Assembly: GCA_050010515.1 (NCBI GenBank)
Contig: JBEKKX010000035.1
Span: forward strand, 1-26,817
Length of the DNA: 26,817 nucleotides
Origin: Candidatus Bathyarchaeia archaeon
GTDB taxonomy: Archaea > Thermoproteota > Bathyarchaeia > Bathyarchaeales > Bathycorpusculaceae
Direction: 5' to 3'
Shown here: positions 19,076 to 26,252 of the stretch, piece by piece
Layout of the letters: each line of letters starts with the position of its first letter
How positions within the stretch are numbered: the first letter of the stretch is position 1
Made by a program: the position numbers and the translations under genes
Notes under the pieces: model-generated
Database searches by the model: none
Told to the model about the DNA's origin: nothing
What the model saw: only the letters and a program-made list of their open reading frames with translations

Positions 19076-19562
19076 GAAAACGTTTCAGTAGCAAATCTGT
19101 GCCTTGCTGGGTTTTACAACACTACATTAACAGCTCAAGACGCCACAATTTACCTTTCAGGCGATGAATTGCCATTAATCGAAATATCATTGAATAGTCT
19201 AAAGATTTATGTCGATAAATCTGCTATCAACTTGACCATTCAGGAAAAATGGTCAGGAAAAAAGCCTAACTGTAACTAACGGTTCTATTGAATTTGAATT
19301 TGCTGGAAATTTCACAACCAATTTAATACTTCAAGAACCAGTAATTATGTTAAATCAAGGATCATTAAATACTTCTTGGGAAGGAGTATTCTGGTACGAT
19401 TGCAAGACATTCACTACCGTATCCACCGCTGAACCTTTTCCGATAATTGGTTCCTATTCTTTTCAGATTATGAATGTTGACAATGCTGGTTTGCTTTTAA
19501 TCAAAAATATTCAAGATATCCGTGTAGAAATAAAGCCAACGCAATACTGGACAAACGGGTGA
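19076..19562 (+). pseudogene. 3' fragment of a paralog of the 1465-aa membrane protein
   Basis: After a frameshift in the A-run near 19245 it reads QEKSLTVTNGSIEF..NLILQEPVIMLNQGSLNTSWEGVFWYDCK, against NSKNLLFTSGNLTI..NIALNQPTIKLNGTLNLSAWQGIFWYGDK in 14446..18843. Confidence 0.8.
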
Positions 19563-19572
19563 CGCTCAAAGA

Positions 19573-20287
19573 ATGGGTAGCTCATTAATAGGACAAAAAT
19601 ACAAGGAAACTTATGAAAAAAGAGCCAACGATAAGTTTGAAGAAAACTGCGATAAATCTCGGTATTTTAGAGTACCTTTCTATTTTCGGTACTGCTTGCC
19701 AACCTCGCAAAATGTCTGGATTCTTGATATCGGCGCAGCAGATGGAATAGTGGTTGAAAGGTTTAAAGAAAATGGTGTCGGTTGCGACATTGCTTTTCAG
19801 TATTGCCTAAGGATGAATAGCAAAGGAATTCAAAGCGTTTGTTGCGCTGCAGAGTATCTCCCTTTTCGCAAAGGCTCGTTTGGTTTTATTATTGCAAGTG
19901 CAATCTTAGAGCATGTTATTGATTTGAGAGAATGTGTAAATGAATTAATTGGGCTACTAAAAGAAGGCGATTTACTATTAATAAATGTGCCATATTTAGA
20001 AGATTTAACCCCCTACTTGCAATGTAAATATGAGTTCTCTCATTTGAGAAGTTTCGATGAATCATTTTTGGTGAAGTTATTCAGAGATCTCAATGTGGTG
20101 CGTATCTACTATCACGATTTCAACTTTGTTTTTGCATATTAGATCTCCATTGATAAATAGAATACTTGGGATATTATACACCACTATCCCTAAGAGACTC
20201 GAATATCTTTTACTGAAGACAAAATGGACCAAATGGATGAAGCCGTTCTCGATAAGTATCATATTCCAAAAAAAGGATTCTATGTAG
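19573..20287 (+). pseudogene. Class I SAM-dependent methyltransferase, probably frameshifted near 20130
   Basis: ILDIGAADG motif I, AEYLPF, ILEHV and LINVP. The ORF stops at 20142. A second frame continues to TAG 20287, 1 nt before the next ATG. Confidence 0.7.
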
Positions 20288-20288
20288 C

Positions 20289-21500
20289 ATGTCGAGTGTA
20301 ACAAAAACAAAATCGTTTCTTTTCATTATAGGATTTACATGCCCTTTCCCCGGAGCTGGCTGGTGGCGAATCTTTAACTTTGCAAGACATTTTGGCGAGA
20401 AAGATTATAAATGTTGTGTTCTATCTTGTTTTTCGCTTAGCACCATTGATTCTCCGAAGGTTGTGCGAAACGAGCAAGTCTACATTTATAATGTGCTTCC
20501 GTGCATTGAGGTGAACAATCCATTCATTCTGTTTCTTAACAATATTTTGGCTTCAATCGCTTCCATTCCTTCCTTTCTCTTTTTCAGACCTAGCGCCGTC
20601 ATAATATCTGTGCCCCCACCCGATCAACTCGTGCCAATATTCTTGTTATCAAAAATTATGAGGCGTAAAATTATAATCGACTACAGAGATGAGTTTGAAG
20701 ATTATCTGATAATGAACACAAGAAAATGGGGTTTCTTCTATCGCTTCTTCAAAAAATTCCTCACAAGCCTCTACAGAAATGCTGCAATGGTTACTCCTGT
20801 AACACCTGCGGTGGCAGAAGACTTGAAGCGCAGAGGTGTTCATAATGTTAAGGTGACATACGATGGTGTTGACACCAAAATTTTTCAACCATACAATAAA
20901 AGTAAGATGAGATCCGAATTCCATCTTCCTCAGGACAGTTTTGTTATAGCGTATATAGGAAACATATACAAGCCTTATCGTGTAGACGTTGTCATTAGAG
21001 CCTTGAAGCAACTAAACGAAAAAAACCCAAAACGTAAATACTTACTAATTCTTGCAGGAGGTGGAGACATGAAAAGCGTCTTAGATCTGGCCAATAACCT
21101 TGGAATAAGTGATTCTGTGAAATACTTTGGAGTGATCAAGAATCCAACTGAAATAGCCAAAATCTTAAGCTCGGCTGACTGCGGCATAATACCTTACGAC
21201 GACAATCCTTTATGGCAGAAAACCTACTCAACAAAATTGTTTGAATACTGCGCCGTTGGGCTACCTGTAATGGCAACCGTTCATGAAAATTCCGCTCTAG
21301 CGACTGCCATAAAGGCAAATCACATTGGTTTAATAACTCCACCAATAAACAGTGACGATTTAGCTACAGCCATAGAGATATTAAACATCGATAAAGACTC
21401 AAGGCTCAAAATGAGTTCATCTGCATTACAATTTGCCCGAACATACGATAAAGATAAGTTAGCAAGAGATTTGCTAGAAACTATAGAGAGTTTACAGTAG
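20289..21500 (+). CDS. GT4 glycosyltransferase
   Basis: DYRDE, DGVDTKIF, YIGNI, TKLFEYCAVGLPV. Full-length GT-B size. Confidence 0.92.
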   Translation: MSSVTKTKSFLFIIGFTCPFPGAGWWRIFNFARHFGEKDYKCCVLSCFSLSTIDSPKVVRNEQVYIYNVLPCIEVNNPFILFLNNILASIASIPSFLFFRPSAVIISVPPPDQLVPIFLLSKIMRRKIIIDYRDEFEDYLIMNTRKWGFFYRFFKKFLTSLYRNAAMVTPVTPAVAEDLKRRGVHNVKVTYDGVDTKIFQPYNKSKMRSEFHLPQDSFVIAYIGNIYKPYRVDVVIRALKQLNEKNPKRKYLLILAGGGDMKSVLDLANNLGISDSVKYFGVIKNPTEIAKILSSADCGIIPYDDNPLWQKTYSTKLFEYCAVGLPVMATVHENSALATAIKANHIGLITPPINSDDLATAIEILNIDKDSRLKMSSSALQFARTYDKDKLARDLLETIESLQ

Positions 21501-22033
21501 ACTCTGTCAGCATGCTTGTTAAAGATGGAATCGATGAGTGCAGTGGGCGAAGATTCTATGAAGATCCAAGCCACCTCCGAAGGCTCGATACTAAACAAAT
21601 GAACCTGTTAGCAAGAAAATACGGGTTCAATTTATCTAACGCGTACTATAGTGGTCACTATTGGACTGCCATACAATGGATAACATCTGCTACTCCAGAG
21701 TTTGTCTTAAAAGTCACTGATTATAAGAGGGCGAAAAATAGAGAATCGTAAATTGAGCTGAAAAGGCTTAGAAACGAGCTACTGTGTATTAATATTCTCA
21801 GGCTTCCAGCAATATCATTTGAAGGACTCAAAAATATGCGAAGACCGCGTTCCACATTGCCAGCAACAATCCTAAAATTGCTTCTTGCAGCATTTTATCC
21901 CGTTTCATTCTCAACAAATTCCTACATAAATCGTAAAGCTGAGCAAGAATGGGATTTATTCAAGAATCAAGAAAACGGCAGTGAAATGTATCTCTATTAC
22001 ACTAGAAAGAATGCGCCATACCACAGCCACTAA
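21501..22033 (+). pseudogene. 5'-truncated gene with one internal stop, resembling the C-terminal part of glycan-cluster methyltransferases
   Basis: ORFs 21512-21751 and 21836-22033 share a frame, separated only by TAA 21749-21751. No SAM-binding N-terminus is present, and the family guess comes from recollection of FYEDPSHLRRL and GSEMYL-like motifs. Confidence 0.6.
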
Positions 22034-22257
22034 AGATTAGATTAAGCTTGAGTTGCTAAGAAAGAAGAATCAAAAACAAACTTAACTTACCGATTAATCG
22101 ACCAGATCAATCAGCCGAGCTGAATCGGTAAGAAAAGCACAAGTAAACTATCTAGGCAACCGCTGGTACACTGAGAGGTTCTTGAAACTTCGTTAATCTG
22201 TCTGCGAACGGCTTTTAACATCATACGAATGGACTTTGTTTTTCGTCATGGGTGTCA

Positions 22258-22304
22258 GAATAGATTTAAATTCTGAAGTACGCTCAGCTAACAATACAGT
22301 TAGC
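22258..22304 (+). promoter_or_regulatory. TATA box plus inverted-repeat operator upstream of the LamG gene
   Basis: TTTAAATT at 22265-22272 and GCTAAC-N6-GTTAGC at 22287-22304. Confidence 0.45.
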
Positions 22305-22354
22305 GTTAGATATGTGGCTCAGTTGCCACGGACTCCCTTTAGACGTGTCCGCCT

Positions 22355-23812
22355 ATGTCTCCGCGTATCAAGAAAGCATTTACATGCCTAATGGTTGCTT
22401 TGTCACTATTAGGTATGGTTGGCGCTACGTTCGGGTGGGACTATTACCCAACATCTTTTTCTTGGGGTTTCCAGAACAACTGTTTTTTTGGTTTTAATCA
22501 GGCAGTGAATTTCACCTCTGCTCCCCAGCTGGGTGTGCCTCATGACGATAGTTTAGTTGGTTACTGGGCGTTTGATGAGGGCAGCGGAACAGTAGCCAAT
22601 GATGGCAGCGGAAACGGTAACAACGGCACTCTCGGAGGCTCGCCTTTACCTTCGTGGGTTGCTGGGAAATATGGGGATGCTTTAAGTTTTAATGGTATAA
22701 ATGATTATGTTCAAGTTCCAAGTTCGAGTAGTTTAAACCCGACACAAATAACGATAGCGGCATGGTTAAACATCAGTTCTACTGGTAATGACCAATCAAT
22801 TGTTAATAAAATAATATGGGCTACTTCGGGCTATCGGCTTGTTGTTTTATCAAGTGGTGTCTTGGATTTTAATGTGGGGTTTGGAGGAGCCGATAGCGTT
22901 AGTACTGTTCCATATAATTCATGGACATTCGTAGTTGTTACGTTTGATGGTTCGTATGTCACGTTTTATGTGAACGGTGTATCTCAAACTGGGGATAGAA
23001 CTGCACTAAGGGGGTCAATTATTTCAAACACTACCCCTTTGGATATTGGTGAAAGTGGTGGGGAATATTGGGTTTTAGGTGTTATTGATGAAGTCCGCAT
23101 TTACAACCGCGCCTTATCCGCAGCCGAAGTCGCCGCATCGTATATTATGGGCCCGCAGCCTGACATTGCCTCTTTCGCCAACTACTACAGCTACACCGAC
23201 CCAGTCACTAACAATACTATGCTAATCCACGTCAATAACCCTAACGCAAGTAGCAACAACGTTGCCCTCGTTACATGCACAAACTTCTTCGCAGCCAAAA
23301 GGCTATCTTTCCAGGCTAACAACACTGCAACCATAAATGTGTGGACCAACCTCGGGCCACCCGCATTTACCACGGGCGTTTGGAACAGCCAAAACTACAC
23401 GACAACTCTAACGCTTAACGATGCTTCCACGGTGGAACTGAACTGGAACACCTACAATATTACAACATACGCTGACGCTCACGCGAGTGCTTCGCCTTCG
23501 AACGTGACAGTTGCTTATGGGGGAAGCCAAACCCTCAACTTCTCCGCAACGCAGGGATACAACTTCAAAGTCGCAGTCGACGGCACCCCGAAAGGGCAAA
23601 TCAGCAGCTACACCTTCAACAACGTGACAGCACCGCACACTGTCAATATAACTTCTACGCTGATACAGCCGTTTCCATTGGAACTACTAATAGTGGGAGC
23701 CATAGTGATAATAGTCGCTGTATTCGCTTTGGCTTTCAAAAAAGGCTACATAACCATCGAAGTGGTTGACGAAGAAAACCCACAAGAAACCCAAGACGAC
23801 TACACAATATAA
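22355..23812 (+). CDS. Membrane-anchored surface protein with a LamG/ConA-like jelly-roll domain
   Basis: Signal peptide, LVGYWAFDEGSG..DGSGNGNNG, ALSFNG..DYV, WTFVVVTFDG..YVNG, IDEVRIYNRALS, a short beta-repeat module, a C-terminal TM helix and an acidic tail. Confidence 0.92.
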   Translation: MSPRIKKAFTCLMVALSLLGMVGATFGWDYYPTSFSWGFQNNCFFGFNQAVNFTSAPQLGVPHDDSLVGYWAFDEGSGTVANDGSGNGNNGTLGGSPLPSWVAGKYGDALSFNGINDYVQVPSSSSLNPTQITIAAWLNISSTGNDQSIVNKIIWATSGYRLVVLSSGVLDFNVGFGGADSVSTVPYNSWTFVVVTFDGSYVTFYVNGVSQTGDRTALRGSIISNTTPLDIGESGGEYWVLGVIDEVRIYNRALSAAEVAASYIMGPQPDIASFANYYSYTDPVTNNTMLIHVNNPNASSNNVALVTCTNFFAAKRLSFQANNTATINVWTNLGPPAFTTGVWNSQNYTTTLTLNDASTVELNWNTYNITTYADAHASASPSNVTVAYGGSQTLNFSATQGYNFKVAVDGTPKGQISSYTFNNVTAPHTVNITSTLIQPFPLELLIVGAIVIIVAVFALAFKKGYITIEVVDEENPQETQDDYTI

Positions 23813-23946
23813 ATTCCAAACCTTCCTCAAAGGCTACGTTTGCTTTAATCAAACAAATCGCTCAAGCTTCTCTTTTTCAGCAAGTAAAGGCTCCAACATG
23901 TTTTTTAATTCGGTTATGATATGAATAAAAACGAAGGGTGGTTTTC

Positions 23947-24168
23947 TTGACGAAAGTAGTTCAGGTTAAGGTTCCAGAATTCCTGTCCGAAAAGGATGTT
24001 AGAATAGCTGCGGCGATAGAAGCTTTCTCTAAGGGTTCAATAAGTGTTGGAAAAGCAGCAGAAATAGCTGAGATACCTATCTAAGAGTTTCTCGTTGAGC
24101 TTAAAAAAAGAGGCGTAAAAGCATACCCGTACACGGACAAAGAGGCTCTTAAGGAGCTTATGCTTTGA
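23947..24168 (+). pseudogene. UPF0175-family antitoxin pseudogene
   Basis: TTG start after GAAGGGTGG. It reads AIEAFSKGSISVGKAAEIAEIPI*EFLVELKKRGV, with an in-frame TAA at 24082-24084. Confidence 0.85.
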
Positions 24169-24260
24169 GTAAAGCTGTCCTAAACTCCTAGGTCATAATA
24201 GCCCTAAACACGCTAGGCTACCTCAACAAATTGAAAACACTTTTTAAAGAAATCCTAATA
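24165..24260 (+). pseudogene. DUF3368-like PIN-domain toxin, 5' fragment
   Basis: TTG overlaps the antitoxin stop. It reads SKAVLNS*VIIALNTLGYLNKLKTLFKEILI with TAG 24189-24191 and is then fused to the repeat copy at about 24260. Confidence 0.75.
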
Positions 24261-24471
24261 GGTGCATTGGTCGCCGTGTTCGCTCATGCTTTCAAGAAAG
24301 GCTACATAACTGACGAAGTAGTTGACGAGGAAAGACTGAAGAAACCTCAGATGACTACACAATATAAATTCTCTCTTAGAGCAAGCCCAGACAGGTCTAA
24401 AATTTATTTTTATAGAAAAAATCAGCAAGAATCTCCCCAACTTTAATGTTGATGTTGTTTTCCAAATAGAC

Positions 24472-24606
24472 TTAGGATTCAACTGTTCGTGTGTCTTTGG
24501 AAAAATCGTCGTATGACATGCCCTTTGTGTACTTTTCGATTTTGTCAATAAATTCAATAATTTCGACAAATAAATCTGTAGTAACATTCCAAGAAAGTTT
24601 ACTCAT
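24472..24606 (-). pseudogene. HepT/DUF86-like (HEPN) ribonuclease, N-terminal fragment
   Basis: MSK...LFVEIIEFIDKIEKYTKGMSYDDFSKDTRTVES* resembles the DUF86 N-terminus. The RX4H catalytic half is absent. Confidence 0.7.
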
Positions 24607-24772
24607 TGAGCCGCCATTTCTTCGTAACTATCGTCACTGCAGGAAGACCCTCCAAAACGTACCTTTGCGCTCTATGAGAGCCTTTGTGAATTAGGACTGG
24701 ACCTTTCATCCTGCGACATTCACAGACGATTTGTTCGGCTCTAAGTTCGTCTCCAACTTCTTTTCCTATCAA
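24599..24772 (-). other. Short ORF translationally coupled to the RHH gene, probably a remnant of its partner gene
   Basis: TTG overlaps the TGA of the RHH gene. 57 codons, no recognised motif. Confidence 0.3.
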
Positions 24773-25110
24773 CTTACTTTTCCCTCTTCCCACAGTTTTT
24801 TCAAAACTTTAACTGTAAGATCCAAGTCAAGCCTGAGGTCATTGGCGATATCGAAAGTTTCAGCCTCTTTGTGCTCATTCAAGTAAGCGAGAATCTCTGT
24901 TCTAGCTTGCTGCATGCTGACGTTTTCTCTTATTTCAATAACTTTCAAGCCGCCAACTTCCTGAACATACTTTTCAGTTGCCTCTCTAATGAAAGCGCTC
25001 CTGGACTTTGCTCCTGCGCGTTTCACCGCTTCATCAATATTTTGAAGTTCATGTTTAGGGAAGCGTACGGGAACAATCGTTTCTTTTTCTACAACTTTCT
25101 GCATTATCAT
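24769..25110 (-). CDS. CopG/ribbon-helix-helix DNA-binding protein with a C-terminal winged HTH (antitoxin-like regulator)
   Basis: IVPVRFPKHELQNIDEAVKRAGAKSRSAFIREA (RHH) and EILAYL...TFDIANDLRLDLDLTVKVLKKLWEEGKV (wHTH). Confidence 0.85.
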   Translation of the reverse strand: MIMQKVVEKETIVPVRFPKHELQNIDEAVKRAGAKSRSAFIREATEKYVQEVGGLKVIEIRENVSMQQARTEILAYLNEHKEAETFDIANDLRLDLDLTVKVLKKLWEEGKVS

Positions 25111-25124
25111 CAACTTTATACGAA

Positions 25125-25148
25125 TAATACATGTAATACAAATTTAAA
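25125..25148 (-). promoter_or_regulatory. TATA box and tandem TGTATTA operator of the RHH gene
   Basis: Minus strand reads TTTAAATT-TGTATTA-CA-TGTATTA, ending 14 nt before ATG 25110. Confidence 0.55.
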
Positions 25149-25191
25149 GCTTACCATAATTAGGCGCTTTATCTTTCCCCAAAATCACTAT

Positions 25192-25276
25192 CTATTCTTT
25201 CCTCATGGTTCCTTCTTTATTGATTACTACATAGACTCTTGTCCCACATACCTTTTTGGAACATCCACTTAGCCGA
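25192..25276 (-). pseudogene. DUF2080-like (transposon-associated small protein) 3' fragment
   Basis: With two 1-nt frameshifts it reads SAK-VDVPKRYVG-RVYVVINKE...*, matching the SAKVDVPKxYxGxRxYVI pattern. Confidence 0.6.
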
Positions 25277-25297
25277 AACTATTTCACAAAAGATAGG

Positions 25298-25372
25298 ATG
25301 ATAGTTAAGATTTGCATTATTCTGGGAACTAGGCCCGAAATAGTAAAGTTTTCACCCATCATACGTGAATGA
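25298..25372 (+). pseudogene. wecB: UDP-N-acetylglucosamine 2-epimerase (non-hydrolysing) N-terminal fragment
   Basis: MIVKICIILGTRPEIVKFSPIIRE* contains the GTRPE.IK signature. Confidence 0.85.
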
Positions 25373-25510
25373 CTTCACTATACAATCGTAAAGCGCATCA
25401 GGAATAAAACCGCCCTCTTCACCCATCAAAGCCGTAATCAAAAGCCTTGCTGCCACTTAATATAAACTTGCTTGTAGTCAATTATTTTCAAATAATCTGC
25501 TATATATAGC

Positions 25511-25555
25511 CGCAAGATTTAAAGTGCACATTTTCACGATAATATTATCGTGGAA
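25511..25555 (+). promoter_or_regulatory. BRE/TATA promoter with a perfect 18-bp palindromic operator
   Basis: CGCAAGA-TTTAAAG at 25511-25524 and CACGATAATATTATCGTG at 25535-25552, ending 7 nt before ATG 25560. Confidence 0.75.
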
Positions 25556-25559
25556 TCAA

Positions 25560-26210
25560 ATGGTCAGCGCCGAGTTTATCGATAAGATATTCACTCAATT
25601 CTTGCCTAAACTATCAGAGAAGTATACTGTAAGAAAACTTTCGTTGCTAACAAAGTCTTCGTATGATGCAACCTACCGTCACGTCCACTATCTCATCAAG
25701 GAAAACGCATTAAAAGTAGAAAAGGTCGGCGCTTACTCCTACGTTAGCGTAAACTTCGAGAGTAATCTGGCAAGGAAAATAATTGAAAAAGTAAGCCTCA
25801 CTAAAACCGAGATTTTCCTGAAAAAAGACATAATAACTAAAAAACTGCTCGAAGAACTCATCAAAGAACTCAAAGACTCGATACCCAATGAATTACTATC
25901 CATGATCCTTTATGGAAGTTACGCCAAGGGAACACAGACAGAACAAAGCGACATAGACCTCCTCATTGTCGTCTCAACATTTGACACCAGAGACAAGATC
26001 GAAAGGATATGCGACGCAACGGAAATGCGATATGGAAAAGACATCGCACCATTAATCACAACAGCAACCGAACTCAGAAAAATGCTTAAATCAGAGACAC
26101 CAACCGTAGCACAAGAAATACTATTGGATGGAATAGTGCTCTTTGGATATGAAAAATATTACTCAATCATTTTCTCGGCAAACTCGGTAAGCGCGCTGGT
26201 TTGTCCCTAA
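25560..26210 (+). CDS. wHTH plus minimal nucleotidyltransferase (MNT/MntA-type antitoxin), last codons supplied by a mobile-element end
   Basis: GSYAKGTQTEQSDID fits GSX10DXD. The N-terminal HTH reads YTVRKLSLLTKSSYDATYRHVHYL. The terminal ALVCP* is encoded by the repeat starting at 26191. Confidence 0.88.
   Translation: MVSAEFIDKIFTQFLPKLSEKYTVRKLSLLTKSSYDATYRHVHYLIKENALKVEKVGAYSYVSVNFESNLARKIIEKVSLTKTEIFLKKDIITKKLLEELIKELKDSIPNELLSMILYGSYAKGTQTEQSDIDLLIVVSTFDTRDKIERICDATEMRYGKDIAPLITTATELRKMLKSETPTVAQEILLDGIVLFGYEKYYSIIFSANSVSALVCP
26191..26208 (+). mobile_element. Left end of a second GCGCGC-ended element (partner end not seen)
   Basis: GCGCGCTGGTTTGTCCCT is identical to 26253-26270. Confidence 0.75.
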
Positions 26211-26252
26211 AGTATGTTAATGTTTATTTTTGGGTTGGGGTCTCGTATCAAA

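Larger units (their letters stand above)
23714..24371 (+). repeat. Diverged ~103-bp direct repeat (23714-23816 and 24270-24371) encoding the TM end and tail of the LamG protein
   Basis: VAVFALAFKKGYITIEVVDEE...DDYTI* against VAVFAHAFKKGYITDEVVDEE..(frameshift)..DDYTI*. Both copies end ACTACACAATATAAATTC. Confidence 0.9.

Noticed and set aside
19240-20135. Phase variation by homopolymer slippage at the frameshifts near 19245 and 20130
   Set aside because: The runs are only 5 nt, and nearby genes also carry nonsense codons and deletions, so ordinary decay explains them.
118-23638. Numerous short antisense or alternate-frame ORFs in the ORF track (e.g. 118..408, 3990..4400, 7730..8071, 20649..21011, 23408..23638)
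   Set aside because: They overlap well-supported genes and show no motifs, so they are shadow ORFs.
23714-24371. Diversity-generating retroelement VR/TR pair
   Set aside because: Differences are not adenine-specific. They include T/C changes and an indel, many are synonymous, and no reverse transcriptase is present.
24231-25272. ORFs 24231..24446, 24255..24587, 24491..24694 and 24871..25272 as real genes
   Set aside because: 24231..24446 is read-through of the toxin stub into the duplicated tail. The others are off-frame or antisense to the DUF86 stub and the RHH gene.
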